DNA of 64,000 nt from an uncultured virus (IMG/VR IMGVR_UViG_3300024507_000487) (Duplodnaviria; Heunggongvirae; Uroviricota; Caudoviricetes): IMG/VR virus record IMGVR_UViG_3300024507_000487, one strand, 5' to 3'. Below the pieces are notes generated by a model. The model saw only the letters and a list, made by a program, of their open reading frames with translations, was not told the origin of the DNA and searched no databases. Made by a program: the position numbers and the translations under genes. Below, in pieces: positions 30,452 to 41,331 of the stretch (position 1 is its first letter; each line of letters starts with the position of its first letter).

Positions 30452-31500
30452 GGTCTTAGTATATCATCTATTTCTTTTTGCAAAAGAGCTATCCATTCTG
30501 GCTTTTCTTTTAATAGTTTATAAAGCTTTTCAGAACCTTGCACTTTTGGTATTTCTGATTCTTCTATGTGCCGTTTTAAATAGTCAAGATTCATCCAAGC
30601 ACCAGATTTTATAATTAAACCTAACTCCATGCCTAGGTTTATGATTTCAAATGTTTTATCAATGCCGACACCGTACCTAATATAACTATCAACTTCCATG
30701 CCTGGAGATCCAAGAGCGCAAGATTCTATAAGCCAATGAACTTGTTGACCGACTTGAACTTCTTTTCCATCTTGATTAGCAGTCCATGCTTTATCATATT
30801 TCACTCTTAGTTGAACATCGGCCTGATATTGTAAAGCCCTTGATCCCTTTTCAATAAAGCCACCATACATGCCTTGGTTTTGAGCCAAGTGCATAATAGA
30901 CCAAACTATAACTTTTTGAATGGGAACTAGATTGGACGCTTGCCTACAAAAACCAGCAAACATCTTGTTGCCAGAACCACGATTTTCATAACCTATACCT
31001 TCATCCATTTCTCTTTCATCACAAAGAGAGCTTACCGAATCAATAATGATTAAAGACCTTGGATGCGTCTGAATAGCTTTCATTGCTAAATTTAAATAAT
31101 CTTTAGCAGTTAATATTTTTTCTGGAACAGATCTATAAATTGTTAGTTTTTTAGGATCTAAACCTTCTATACCATGAATATTCATGGACTTTAAACGACC
31201 TTCAATATTTAAGTAATAAACATGACGGCCTTGTTTTTGACACTCAGCAGCAAATGATAAAGATGTTAATGTTTTTCCTGTTTTGGGATGACCACTACAT
31301 GTTACCCAAGAACCTTCTGGTATCCCTCCATGTAAACCTAAATCTAAAGCAGGGCTAATAGGTATAATTTCTGGTGGATTATCTAATAAATTGTCTGCCG
31401 TAATAGCAACTCCTTCTGCATATTGCTTATTAACTTCAGACATAACTCTTTCTAAATAGTCACTACTTTTAGATTCTGACTTGTCAGATTTCTTGGCCAT
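30448..31500 (-). CDS. recA: RecA/UvsX recombinase
   Basis: LDLGLHGGIPEG, GHPKTGKT, IIIDSVSSL, YIRYGVGID. Confidence 0.9.
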   Translation of the reverse strand: MAKKSDKSESKSSDYLERVMSEVNKQYAEGVAITADNLLDNPPEIIPISPALDLGLHGGIPEGSWVTCSGHPKTGKTLTSLSFAAECQKQGRHVYYLNIEGRLKSMNIHGIEGLDPKKLTIYRSVPEKILTAKDYLNLAMKAIQTHPRSLIIIDSVSSLCDEREMDEGIGYENRGSGNKMFAGFCRQASNLVPIQKVIVWSIMHLAQNQGMYGGFIEKGSRALQYQADVQLRVKYDKAWTANQDGKEVQVGQQVHWLIESCALGSPGMEVDSYIRYGVGIDKTFEIINLGMELGLIIKSGAWMNLDYLKRHIEESEIPKVQGSEKLYKLLKEKPEWIALLQKEIDDILRP

Positions 31501-31924
31501 CTAATTCCTCTAGCTTTCTTTTTAAACTTTTGTTCTGCACAAAATTAGGTCTTTGATCCAAGTTTTCTACTTGTGTGGTTTTTATTTCCTGTTGAGCGCT
31601 TTTCTTTTCTATGATAGCTATTTCTTTTTGAAGAAATGGAGATTTCAAAGAAATAACTTTAACTCCATTTGGAGTTCTCAAAGATTGAAAAATTATGGAC
31701 TGAGAATACTTTTTAAGCAAACTATTTGCAAGCTTTATTTGATAAAGATAATAATCTTTCCAAGGCTTGTGATTCCAAAACTTCGGAGGAAGTTCTGTTT
31801 TATTAAACTTAGCATTTCTAGCACACATTGTTTCTGCTAAATATTGAGCAGCAGAAATCCAACCACCACCAAATCTTGACTCAAATGTTCTCGTTTCAGA
31901 TTTTTTGCTATATTTGTCTTCCAT
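31484..31924 (-). CDS. Hypothetical protein
   Basis: 146-aa ORF packed in operon. Confidence 0.6.
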   Translation of the reverse strand: MEDKYSKKSETRTFESRFGGGWISAAQYLAETMCARNAKFNKTELPPKFWNHKPWKDYYLYQIKLANSLLKKYSQSIIFQSLRTPNGVKVISLKSPFLQKEIAIIEKKSAQQEIKTTQVENLDQRPNFVQNKSLKRKLEELDGQEI

Positions 31925-32339
31925 GATTTAATATTAAAAAGTCATTAATAATGACTGGCCTTTCATCTTGCTTGAGAAGAGTTAAATTTGGAACTAGCCA
32001 TTCTTCAGTTTTTATTATGTCTCCATCTTTATATCCTATTACATAACAACTTCCGCTATGAGAACCAAAAATGGAAAATGCCAGATTGGAAAAAAAATAC
32101 CCCTCTGCATTTTTTGGCAAAGTATCTGCAATATTAGATCTATATCTAATTTTTAATGATACAATGTTCAATCTATTTTGTAATAGATATAACTTTAATC
32201 TAAGCCAAGAAGGGATATTATCTCTTTCTGGATGACCATCATCTTGATAAGCAGTAGTTCCATCGTTTAATTCTGCTATCCATTGAGCAGAAAATACATT
32301 TTGGTGTTGTATATAATCATCTTCTATAAGCGTTATCAT
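31908..32339 (-). CDS. Hypothetical protein
   Basis: 143-aa ORF packed in operon. Confidence 0.6.
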   Translation of the reverse strand: MITLIEDDYIQHQNVFSAQWIAELNDGTTAYQDDGHPERDNIPSWLRLKLYLLQNRLNIVSLKIRYRSNIADTLPKNAEGYFFSNLAFSIFGSHSGSCYVIGYKDGDIIKTEEWLVPNLTLLKQDERPVIINDFLILNHGRQI

Positions 32340-32626
32340 TATTCTGTCCTATGTATGCAATCTTTATATTTTGGAGAATCATAAATATTTTTTTGTTCAT
32401 ATTTTATAGTGTCATCTATCATAGACTGGGCTTGTGTCATAGATACAGATCCGGGTCTTTGATCAAATTTTAATCCTGCTTTTTTATTCGCCATTTCGTA
32501 ATAATTATTTATCAAATCTTTTGAAAGATTTAAAGCTTTACATAATTGATCAATGCTTAATAATTGACAGCATTTATCTATAATTATTTTATGTTCATCT
32601 GTTAAAACCAATTTTTTCTTAGACAT
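32339..32626 (-). CDS. Hypothetical protein, possible HTH
   Basis: LSIDQLCKALNLSKDLINNYY. Confidence 0.5.
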   Translation of the reverse strand: MSKKKLVLTDEHKIIIDKCCQLLSIDQLCKALNLSKDLINNYYEMANKKAGLKFDQRPGSVSMTQAQSMIDDTIKYEQKNIYDSPKYKDCIHRTE

Positions 32627-32969
32627 TTATGCTTATCCTTTCTGCGTTTTTTAACAAACTTGGATTTTTTGTTTCTATAAATTGAAGGTACAAATCATAG
32701 CATTCCTTATTCACCGACTTAAAATCAAACCTTTTTCTTCCTTTAAAAGCATCAAATCTCTTAAGGTCTGATGGTTGATGAACCATAGGATTATAGAAAA
32801 GTCCATTGTCAGGACCATCTGTGCAAACACGAACAAAATATCTTTGTAAATTACTTGGCTCAGTAATAGATGTTTTTGCTATGCAAGACCAATCTTGTGG
32901 ACTGATTTCTTTGTTATTAAAATCAAGACCTTTTACTGTGGTTTTATGATCTATGTATTCATCATTCAT
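32619..32969 (-). CDS. Hypothetical protein
   Basis: 116-aa ORF with GGAG SD. Confidence 0.6.
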   Translation of the reverse strand: MNDEYIDHKTTVKGLDFNNKEISPQDWSCIAKTSITEPSNLQRYFVRVCTDGPDNGLFYNPMVHQPSDLKRFDAFKGRKRFDFKSVNKECYDLYLQFIETKNPSLLKNAERISINV

Positions 32970-33297
32970 TACAATCTCCTTTTTTAGTATAAAATACTAT
33001 TGTATCATTTTCATTTTTAATATTTGCTAACTGAGTGATAAGTTTAGAATCATCTGGATCTGTCTCTGATATTTTCATAATACCACAAGGTCTAAACATT
33101 CCGCTTACTTCAGTTATAAAAGACTTATCGTTACAATAACAACATTTTGCCATCACTTTCCATTTAAGACTTTCATCTTTTTTTACGATAAATAAATCAA
33201 CGAGTTTTTTGTTGCAAGAAGAACAAGAAAGATATATATGACCATTATCTGTTAAAATAGGGTCTTTGCTTATATTTACTGTTTTTCTTTCGAGCAT
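32962..33297 (-). CDS. Zn-ribbon hypothetical protein
   Basis: CSSC...CCYC. Confidence 0.55.
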   Translation of the reverse strand: MLERKTVNISKDPILTDNGHIYLSCSSCNKKLVDLFIVKKDESLKWKVMAKCCYCNDKSFITEVSGMFRPCGIMKISETDPDDSKLITQLANIKNENDTIVFYTKKGDCNE

Positions 33298-33515
33298 ATA
33301 CTACCTACCATTTCTAATAGTTCAAAAACTTTTCTTTCGCATATTGATTTATCATCACCGTCAATATAAAACTCTTTATGTTCATACTCAATCGGATTTC
33401 CATTAGCTCTATTTTGATTATCTTTTTCATGCAATGAATAGTAAACAACAATCATAGCTTTGTGTGGTTTTGTAGGATCGTTTTGCTTTGCTGATTTAAA
33501 AAAATTTTCATTCAT
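33276..33515 (-). CDS. Hypothetical protein
   Basis: 79-aa ORF coupled to the upstream gene. Confidence 0.55.
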   Translation of the reverse strand: MNENFFKSAKQNDPTKPHKAMIVVYYSLHEKDNQNRANGNPIEYEHKEFYIDGDDKSICERKVFELLEMVGSICSKEKQ

Positions 33516-33886
33516 TTTCCTTCCTCCACATATTTCTTAACATTTTTTATTTTATTTAAATTTAAAGGCTTGTCCATTTTTGGCAAATCTTTTACTTCGC
33601 CAGATCTCCACCAAGGAGTATTACTTTCTTTTTTTGAAATTCCTGCGTCTGCGATTTTTTCTCGCATAGATTTTTGGTCTTTTCCTTTGCCTTTTGTTTT
33701 TGCGTTTTTTTCTGCCCATTGTCCTATTGTAGTTACATTATTACAAAATACAAAAGGACTTCCAAAGATTTGATAAAGTTTATTTTGTTTGCATTTTGGG
33801 CATTTTTTAGGGTGGTTTTTATGAATACTTTTTTCTATTTCAAAAGAATACTCACAAGAATCACACTTATATTCAAATGTAGGCAT
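33512..33886 (-). CDS. FmdB-family zinc-ribbon protein
   Basis: MPTFEYKCDSCEYSFE...CPKCK. Confidence 0.8.
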   Translation of the reverse strand: MPTFEYKCDSCEYSFEIEKSIHKNHPKKCPKCKQNKLYQIFGSPFVFCNNVTTIGQWAEKNAKTKGKGKDQKSMREKIADAGISKKESNTPWWRSGEVKDLPKMDKPLNLNKIKNVKKYVEEGK

Positions 33887-33887
33887 A

Positions 33888-34124
33888 TTATTCCCATTCG
33901 TTTTTATCTTCATCAATATCAACGCAAAAACTTATATCCCATCTAGTTTCACTAAGCTCTAAAGATTCTGGCGGAAAACCATCCCTAATAACATTTCCAT
34001 CCAAATCAAAATAGGCTACTAAAACTTCTGGATCTTCTGAATTCTGATTTATTTTTAATACCGTCATTGGAAGACCGCCAGATTTTAAAACAACAATGTC
34101 TCCACTAGAAAATGATTTTTCCAT
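33888..34124 (-). CDS. YodC/DUF2158 family protein
   Basis: FSSGDIVVLKSGGLPMTV...FPPESL. Confidence 0.8.
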   Translation of the reverse strand: MEKSFSSGDIVVLKSGGLPMTVLKINQNSEDPEVLVAYFDLDGNVIRDGFPPESLELSETRWDISFCVDIDEDKNEWE

Positions 34125-34126
34125 GT

Positions 34127-35149
34127 TTACTCCGACCATTCTGACGAAGCACAATTTGTACAGAATTTATTAAATGAATTTTCTATAACATTTACATGGT
34201 TTTCTGAAAACCATATATCTCGCAAAGAAGATTCATTAATATCACCAAATATTGTATCAAAATCATAGTCATGACAACACAAAAATAATTTGCCAGCTGC
34301 ATTTACATGCAAATAACCAAATGGTCTTCCGCCTATTTCTTTGCCATGAGAACAACCGACTACACTTTTCTTTTTTAAATGTTTATTAATTGCTTTTTTA
34401 TTTGATATAATACCTAATTCGTGTAATTTACCAGCCCTATCAATAAGGTGTGGAACTTTAAAACAATTAACTTCTGGAAAAATAGACTTCGCTAACTGAA
34501 GCTGTCTTTCGTTTTCATTTGGGGAAAAATCAGGAGCTTCAAAACCAAGCTCTAACCAGCCATTGTTTTGATATTTGCTTGTTTCATCTATGCCGTTTAT
34601 TTGTATAGAAAAAGCCTTGTTTGATACCATATCTCTTAATGTCATTCTTGCGTAATTTATATTGCTTATAAGTTGTCCAAATTTCTCTTTTTTAATTCCA
34701 GATCTTTTTTCCCATAACTCAGCTTCAAAAGCTGGTATATTTAAACATATTCCGCTTATTATTCTTTGGTGTTTTTTTATTATATCTGTTTTGTCTGGAG
34801 TTAAATTTATTCCATTAGATAATATCATTGTATAAAGGTTATTTTTATTTAATATTTCCAACATTTGCTCAAAGTGTTTATACAATAAAACTTCATTATA
34901 ATGGGCTGTATATAAACCATTAAACTTTTTTGAAACTATGCCATCTTCTTTTGATCTTTCTTCTAAAATATTGTTTATTATCTTCTCAAATAATTCTATG
35001 GGCATCTGAACTTTGCCTTCAGATGGATTTGGAGAATATCTAACAGGACAAAACCAACACTTAGCGTTGCAATAACCAAATGGATCTATTTGAGCTTGTT
35101 CTATTTTCCATTTTTTTAAATTGTTATTAATTAATTCTTTGATTTCCAT
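34127..35149 (-). CDS. Radical SAM protein with SPASM/twitch domain
   Basis: CNAKCWFC (CxxxCxxC); C-terminal C...GKLFLCCHD...GDINESSLRDIW...CTNC. Confidence 0.88.
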   Translation of the reverse strand: MEIKELINNNLKKWKIEQAQIDPFGYCNAKCWFCPVRYSPNPSEGKVQMPIELFEKIINNILEERSKEDGIVSKKFNGLYTAHYNEVLLYKHFEQMLEILNKNNLYTMILSNGINLTPDKTDIIKKHQRIISGICLNIPAFEAELWEKRSGIKKEKFGQLISNINYARMTLRDMVSNKAFSIQINGIDETSKYQNNGWLELGFEAPDFSPNENERQLQLAKSIFPEVNCFKVPHLIDRAGKLHELGIISNKKAINKHLKKKSVVGCSHGKEIGGRPFGYLHVNAAGKLFLCCHDYDFDTIFGDINESSLRDIWFSENHVNVIENSFNKFCTNCASSEWSE

Positions 35150-35161
35150 AAATACATCTTT

Positions 35162-37444
35162 CTAGATAATGCAAGAACCTCCAGCGCAAGCCAGTTCGTT
35201 TTGCACATCAATAGTAGAACTTTCTTCGATCATATCTTTATAATCTATGTTAATATAACTTTCTTTCAACTTATTCCATAATTCAATATTGTACATATCT
35301 TTTAAAGCATATGTAGCTTTTTTAATGTCATTATTAAACATTTTGGAAAAGTTAATAATATGATTTTTATAAATTTTTTGCATATCACTATTAGGTTCAA
35401 AATAACCTAAAGCACAAGAACAGGCACTCCACAAAGAACTAAATTCGTATGATTTATATTTATCAAAAAGTTCTTTTGCTATAACTAAAGATTCTTTTCC
35501 ATAAATTTCTTCTTGCTGTTCAATTGTATAAACAGCGGTAAAAGGTGCTTGTTCATAATCTTTGTCGCCACTAGAAGCAATTAAAGATATTCCAGCCAAA
35601 TAATATCTATTATTATAGATGTAATCGCACACAATAGACCATTCATTTTCATTCACATGTATTGTATTAGAAACATTGTGATTGATTTCTTTGCAAACAC
35701 ATAATTGTTCATTTTTTCCTGGTATTACCCAATTATTATAAGTTGACACAACATTATCTAATAGTTCTGTGGCGCTTAAAGACTCTTTTAGTCTTGTGCC
35801 TTCTTGACTTTCTACACAAAATCTAATGCAATCATCTGTTTTGTTTATTGACCAAACAGATTCTTCACATGCTTGTGGATTTTTAGATTTAAAAAACTTA
35901 TACGGAGCTTCATTAGTATTTGCTTGGACTATACGAAAATATTTTTGGCTATGGTCTGGGTGAATTCCAGATGTTGAACCTAATAAACAAGCAGAATTTC
36001 CTTCTGGTTTAATACATGTTGTTCTGGCAGCTGGATTTATTTTCAATGCTTTTGCATATTTTTCATTTGTTTGTCTTACTATTTTAGCTCCATGCTGTTG
36101 AATTTTTGGATTTAAAAGTATTTCTGGATGATGCTGCATACCATTGATCGAAACACCTAACAAAGCTTCTTTTCTAACTATCTGTTCAGTAATCTTTCCA
36201 AGATAAGAAAAATTAGTAAATGAAGCTTGAAGCGTTCCAATAAATGCAGCAGCTTCACACCTTTCATAAAAATCTTCTGGGCATGTGACCGTTTTTCCAT
36301 TAATTGTAGAAAGGTTACAAAATCCCCAACCAGAAAGACCAACTTCATCTTCTGGCATATCGTCTTTACAGTTTTCCTTTGTAGTAATTGGACCATCATA
36401 ATTTAACAAAGCAAGCTTTAATTCATCGCTATCTTTTTTATAATAAGCTCTTGTTACCCATGATATTTCGCAGCATGGATTGCACAATGCATCATAAAGA
36501 TCAGCCCAGAAAAAACCTGGCTCACCAAATTGTTTAGTAGCTTTAAATAAATTCTCAAATACTTCTTTAGAAGAATCTTTTCTGTGCAAAAGAGCAGATA
36601 TATTAGCTCTGCCTCTTTGTGGATTAGTAAAATACCAATCGCCTGTTTTTGCATTAATCATTAATTCATCATCAGCAGAGAATAAAGCTATAGTAGCCGA
36701 TCTACGAACACCGCCACTAATAACGGCATCGGCAGAATGCATGACTATATCAAAAGCATCAATAGTACGAAGTTTAGATAATCCTTCAGAAACGCATTTA
36801 TCAAGCAATGCTTTAATATTCTTTAAAGCTTTTTCAAGAGGTTCATGACCTGGGGCTGTTCCAATGCCAAAACCTAAAGGTTCGCCCTTCTTTCTAATTG
36901 AAGAATAATCAAAATGAATATTACAATCTTTAAATTCTTTAAACTCTTTTACCGGTTTATCAAAATATGAAGAAAGCAGTATTCCAAGAGCATCAGCCCA
37001 ACCTTCAATAGAGTCATCTATAACATGTATTTTGTGGCTTATAATTTGATTTTTAAGCCTGTTTTCAGAAAAACTGGGCAAAAGTTCGACATGGTGTTTT
37101 TGTACGCTAAAACCAGTTCCTGAACCGCATAAAAGCAAATAAAAACATTCTTGAAAAAACCTAAGTCGATCACAATAGCTAGCTGAACAATTGTATATTC
37201 TTGCATTATGTTTAAGTATTGGCTTGCCACCAAACTGTAATGCTCTTTGAGATCCAAGTATTTTTTGATCTTTAATCATTCCATAATACTTTTCAATGTC
37301 TTCAGAAAGACTTGGATATACTTCTATCATCATGTTTTTAACACGATCTACGCTTTCTTCCCAAGTTTCTCTTCTTTTTTCATTTTCGATCCATCTTGCA
37401 TATTTAGAAATGGCTGTATATTTCTGCAACTCTGTAATAGACAT
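35162..37444 (-). CDS. nrdJ: Adenosylcobalamin-dependent (class II) ribonucleotide reductase
   Basis: RRETWEE, YNCS, GSGTGFSV, GGVRRSA, NPCCEI, GFCNL, TTCIKPEG, terminal CAGGSC; no nrdB gene in the window. Confidence 0.88.
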   Translation of the reverse strand: MSITELQKYTAISKYARWIENEKRRETWEESVDRVKNMMIEVYPSLSEDIEKYYGMIKDQKILGSQRALQFGGKPILKHNARIYNCSASYCDRLRFFQECFYLLLCGSGTGFSVQKHHVELLPSFSENRLKNQIISHKIHVIDDSIEGWADALGILLSSYFDKPVKEFKEFKDCNIHFDYSSIRKKGEPLGFGIGTAPGHEPLEKALKNIKALLDKCVSEGLSKLRTIDAFDIVMHSADAVISGGVRRSATIALFSADDELMINAKTGDWYFTNPQRGRANISALLHRKDSSKEVFENLFKATKQFGEPGFFWADLYDALCNPCCEISWVTRAYYKKDSDELKLALLNYDGPITTKENCKDDMPEDEVGLSGWGFCNLSTINGKTVTCPEDFYERCEAAAFIGTLQASFTNFSYLGKITEQIVRKEALLGVSINGMQHHPEILLNPKIQQHGAKIVRQTNEKYAKALKINPAARTTCIKPEGNSACLLGSTSGIHPDHSQKYFRIVQANTNEAPYKFFKSKNPQACEESVWSINKTDDCIRFCVESQEGTRLKESLSATELLDNVVSTYNNWVIPGKNEQLCVCKEINHNVSNTIHVNENEWSIVCDYIYNNRYYLAGISLIASSGDKDYEQAPFTAVYTIEQQEEIYGKESLVIAKELFDKYKSYEFSSLWSACSCALGYFEPNSDMQKIYKNHIINFSKMFNNDIKKATYALKDMYNIELWNKLKESYINIDYKDMIEESSTIDVQNELACAGGSCII

Positions 37445-37707
37445 GGCAGTTTTTTTCCTTTTAATTTTTTATGATCTTATGTTTGGACTGGAATTTTTAC
37501 ACCATCTTTTGAATGATGGCAATCAAGAAATATGAATTTTTCAAAGATTATTTTTTAGATGTGTTAATTAAATTTGATTTACAATGAGGACAGCTAACAT
37601 CTTCTTTTTTTTCAAAAATTTCTTTTAAAATAAAAAAAGATAATTTACATTTTGAACACTTAACACTTGCATTATTAATTGGCGCATAACGATTAAAAAT
37701 ATAGTAA

Positions 37708-38070
37708 TCACTCATCTTCTTCACCAGAACTTTGATTAAAAACTGTTTCTATTAAATTTTCTAAATCTTCTAATGGCATTGATTGAATTAAATCAATTAT
37801 ATTATGTGACAATATTTTTGCATCTTCTTCTGGGATATTTATTGATAACATTTTTTTATAAATATTTCTTCTAACATACAATTTAACTAAAGGTCCGCCA
37901 GCTTTTATAATTAAAGCTACTCCTTTTGGTGATTGGCAAGCTTTTAAAAGCCTTATAGCGTTTATAACCAAGCTAACTATAGTTAGTATAGTTATAATTC
38001 CAACCGCTTCGTATTTTTTGAATACTTCTGATTTTTTAAATTCGTTTTCTAATTTTTCATGCAACTGCAT
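37708..38070 (-). CDS. Hypothetical membrane protein
   Basis: TM segment VGIITILTIVSLVINAI. Confidence 0.6.
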   Translation of the reverse strand: MQLHEKLENEFKKSEVFKKYEAVGIITILTIVSLVINAIRLLKACQSPKGVALIIKAGGPLVKLYVRRNIYKKMLSINIPEEDAKILSHNIIDLIQSMPLEDLENLIETVFNQSSGEEDE

Positions 38071-38083
38071 GATTTTTTTACCT

Positions 38084-38275
38084 TCATGTAAAACATCTAT
38101 CTCTGAAAATTTTCCATTGATTTTTATTTCTATCGTAAATCCATTCTTTATTTTGAATTATCGGCTGTTCTTTTTTAATAAAAACTTTTTTATCTTCTAT
38201 TAAGTTGAAACACTCTTTATTTATACCGACAACAAGAAATAATATTAACTCATACATGTTGCACCCAGTTGTCAA
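38084..38275 (-). CDS. Small hypothetical protein
   Basis: Short ORF with hydrophobic N-terminus filling the gap between genes. Confidence 0.4.
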   Translation of the reverse strand: MTTGCNMYELILFLVVGINKECFNLIEDKKVFIKKEQPIIQNKEWIYDRNKNQWKIFRDRCFT

Positions 38276-38912
38276 TGTAAGACTTATCTATATTATTATA
38301 CACGGTTAAGTCTGTATGAATTGACATTCCTGGTATACAACTTACTAATTTTTTAGCTTTTTTATTTATATCTAAAAATATTTGATGATCTTCTGGATGA
38401 AAGTTTCTAGTCCACTTAAAAAAACATGAATAGTCATCCTTTAAAGTAGCCACTTTTGTTGCAAAAGTCATTGTTGTTGATATAGTATATTTCCAATGAA
38501 AGTTCTTTCTTAAAACTTTAGTAACCTCTCCAAAATTATACAATTTAGAATATTTATCTGGATGATCATATAAAGTTACATAATCTCCAAAAAGCAATCC
38601 TTCGTTTAAAGCATCTATTACATTTCCATTGTGTAAGTAATCGTCTTCTAAAAAGTATATTACTTTGTCATCATCAAATCTATTAATAGCATCCTCTAAA
38701 CAAGCCATAAAAGAACCGGCATTGCCCAAAGATGTTTTTTGATGTGGTATATTTTTTATTAAAGATAAAGTATCTTCTGACGAAACATTATCAGCTAAAA
38801 AAGTTTTAGAACAATCATTAAATTTAGAAAGAAAATTAGACAAGCATTTATCTTTGCCACACATTTTTGGCTTTTTATAACTATTATCGCTTATCCTATA
38901 ATAAATATGCAT
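38250..38912 (-). CDS. GT-A-fold glycosyltransferase-like protein
   Basis: IYFLEDDYLH, YVTLYDHPDKY, STTMTFA. Confidence 0.65.
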   Translation of the reverse strand: MHIYYRISDNSYKKPKMCGKDKCLSNFLSKFNDCSKTFLADNVSSEDTLSLIKNIPHQKTSLGNAGSFMACLEDAINRFDDDKVIYFLEDDYLHNGNVIDALNEGLLFGDYVTLYDHPDKYSKLYNFGEVTKVLRKNFHWKYTISTTMTFATKVATLKDDYSCFFKWTRNFHPEDHQIFLDINKKAKKLVSCIPGMSIHTDLTVYNNIDKSYIDNWVQHV

Positions 38913-39824
38913 TTACTTTTTTTTGCTTAATGAATTACTTACTCTAATAGCCCATTCAACTCCGCTTGTTCCGCCCCAACCCAACCAAGCAACTACAGCA
39001 GGGATAGTCCAAGGCTTGGTTTTATATTCTGGTTTAGATTTTGCTTTTTCGTAATTACCACGATGACGATTGAACTGGGCCATTCTTTTTACTGTATCGG
39101 CAGAAAGCTTGGCATTACCAGCCAAATCTCTAGCTCTAGCCCAGCCAACAGGAGTCATGCCTTTGCATTCCTTTCCGTACTTACGCTTCCATTCTAAGAC
39201 TTTTTTAGCATTGTTTCTTGCTGATTGAGGAGCATCATATCCTTCGGCAGCTTCAGAAAAATAATTTTCAATATCATTTTTGGCTTTTGACTTTTTATCT
39301 TCAGACATATAATGTTCCTCAACTTGTTTTTTTACAATTGCTAAAACATCTGAAAGTTCAACCTCTTCCCATAAATACCCCGACTTTGACTTTTTTGAAC
39401 TTCGTGGATGACCATTAGGCAAAAGATCATTGTCCTGTTTATAGTTTGGGTTTGATGGACGATTGTTTCTTAATAGATAAAGAAATGCTTTAATTCTATT
39501 TAGACCCCATCTAGTTCTATCCATTCCTGGGGCATGACTTGTGGAATATGCACCAGCACCACGCCTAAATACAGCTTTTAACTGAGCCATATTAGCTTTA
39601 AACTTTGGATTTTTTGCGTTGTGTTCTTGCATTAATTTTCTAATTTTATCTTCAGTTTCTTTAGAAACTTCTATATTCTTATTTGGTTTACTGGCTGAAT
39701 CTTTTGGGTTCTTTTTAGAACCCCTTTTTCTTTCTTCTGGTTTTGCAGGTTTTTTTCTTGGATCGTTTTTATCTGGACGGCCATACTGCAAACCTTCTGT
39801 ATGATCAAACATTATTATCTCCAA
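38913..39824 (-). CDS. Basic two-domain phage protein of unknown function
   Basis: LKAVFRRGAGAYSTSH...RIKAFL and WARARDLA...TVKRM...AWLGWGG modules, recalled from phage head-associated proteins. Confidence 0.5.
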   Translation of the reverse strand: MEIIMFDHTEGLQYGRPDKNDPRKKPAKPEERKRGSKKNPKDSASKPNKNIEVSKETEDKIRKLMQEHNAKNPKFKANMAQLKAVFRRGAGAYSTSHAPGMDRTRWGLNRIKAFLYLLRNNRPSNPNYKQDNDLLPNGHPRSSKKSKSGYLWEEVELSDVLAIVKKQVEEHYMSEDKKSKAKNDIENYFSEAAEGYDAPQSARNNAKKVLEWKRKYGKECKGMTPVGWARARDLAGNAKLSADTVKRMAQFNRHRGNYEKAKSKPEYKTKPWTIPAVVAWLGWGGTSGVEWAIRVSNSLSKKK

Positions 39825-40368
39825 TTTTTTCTAGTACCATTAGTCCATTATTGTTTTTTAAATCTTCAACAACTTTCCAGTTTTTATTTTCATCTAAAAA
39901 TTCATTAATTGCTACCAATATACCTTTTCCATGTCCAGTTTCATTTCTTTTTCCAAAACTTACTGTATCATGAAAAATCATAAACTTATTAACATTTATA
40001 TTATGTTTTGATAATTCTGTTTTTATTTGTTCGTAATTATGAAGAGTGTCTATAAAAAGAAGATCTGTGTTTTCAATGTTTATATCTAATGTATTTCCTT
40101 GTATAAATTTAAAATCTATATTATTTAAATTGCATTCATTGATTAAATTATTAAATTTTTCTTCTGCTCCAAAAGAACTCGGATGTTTTATATCTATGCA
40201 TGTTAACTTTTTTGGTTTTGCAACAACAAATGCCCATGTAGATACTATACCCCTAACTCCCATTTCTGTTATATGCGAGCATTTTTCTCCATACTTTTTA
40301 AGTATTGGGAGATGTTCATTTATATCGCTAGCAGAGTTACAATGATTTTTATATATTTGTTCTATCAT
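39805..40368 (-). CDS. Class I SAM methyltransferase (Methyltransf_24-like)
   Basis: EMGVRGIVST, DLLFIDTLH, IFHDT. Confidence 0.8.
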   Translation of the reverse strand: MIEQIYKNHCNSASDINEHLPILKKYGEKCSHITEMGVRGIVSTWAFVVAKPKKLTCIDIKHPSSFGAEEKFNNLINECNLNNIDFKFIQGNTLDINIENTDLLFIDTLHNYEQIKTELSKHNINVNKFMIFHDTVSFGKRNETGHGKGILVAINEFLDENKNWKVVEDLKNNNGLMVLEKIGDNNV

Positions 40369-40369
40369 T

Positions 40370-41320
40370 TTAAATTAACATAAATAGTTTTTTGTCAATT
40401 AATTGTTCTGGGAATCCATCAAAGTTCGAGTAGGCAAATGTTTCTTCCTGTCGAATATGTTTTTCCATATCTTTCCTGCGAACACGAAGAACACCAGCTG
40501 GCAAGCTATCACCAGTATCAAAATCTTTAAGATTGCCGTGACAATCTCCCCAGCTATTAAGAATAATAGCGTAAGGATCTGAACCATTTTTATACCCATC
40601 ATCAATTCCTATGACACACATTTGATGACCCCAACTATCTGTCTGACGATGAAAGCCATCAGAAGATGGTTCCATGTTATATCCAATGTCGCTAGCTGTA
40701 GTGCATGGATAACCATTTACAATTGCGTCACGAAGATCATCCCAACTCTTAATTAGAGCAGCAGACTTTACAGGATGGAGTTTTGCTTCATTAACGAATT
40801 CAGTAGGTGGGCCTGGCTTATCGCCCCACTTACTGGCTACTCTTCCTGAGTATTTCGGAACATTTGTGAAGTTAGATCGTAATACTCCAAACTTAATAAC
40901 AGCATCTGCCATCCAACTACCGAGTGAACCATCGCTGCCATCAAGTTGTCCACGCCCAATAAATACTCGCCCCGTACCATATAAATATGGAGGAAAGATA
41001 GGATTCCACTCTTCTCTATCGCCCTTCATTAGTTTTTCTGTAGCCATTAAGTATTCAATTGCGTTTTTAGCGCCAAACGAAACGCAATCACCAATTTCTT
41101 GGCCATAATTTTCAGTATCTTTGCCCAATACTTTACGAACTACATCATAAAGCATTAGCTTTTTACCTTTAGTATCTCTGCTGGCACTAAAAATTTTTAG
41201 ATCTTTAAAAGAGCCATCATCTTTTAGTAGATCAAATTCTGATTTGACAAGATCGGGATTATTTTTTCCTGCCCAACCATTAACTGTTCCATCTGTATAT
41301 AACTTTGAAATATCTGACAT
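40370..41320 (-). CDS. Papain-like (C1) cysteine peptidase
   Basis: QEIGDCVSFG (Gln/Cys), WGHQM (His), ILNSWG (Asn). Confidence 0.85.
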   Translation of the reverse strand: MSDISKLYTDGTVNGWAGKNNPDLVKSEFDLLKDDGSFKDLKIFSASRDTKGKKLMLYDVVRKVLGKDTENYGQEIGDCVSFGAKNAIEYLMATEKLMKGDREEWNPIFPPYLYGTGRVFIGRGQLDGSDGSLGSWMADAVIKFGVLRSNFTNVPKYSGRVASKWGDKPGPPTEFVNEAKLHPVKSAALIKSWDDLRDAIVNGYPCTTASDIGYNMEPSSDGFHRQTDSWGHQMCVIGIDDGYKNGSDPYAIILNSWGDCHGNLKDFDTGDSLPAGVLRVRRKDMEKHIRQEETFAYSNFDGFPEQLIDKKLFMLI

Positions 41321-41331
41321 GTTAATTCACC

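Noticed and set aside
37445..37707. Possible cobalamin riboswitch upstream of nrdJ (GGTGTAAAAATTCC and ACTGCC on the minus strand)
   Set aside because: No GGGAA, B12-box or paired core; the region is very AT-rich, and the GGTGTA is better explained by the candidate promoter motif
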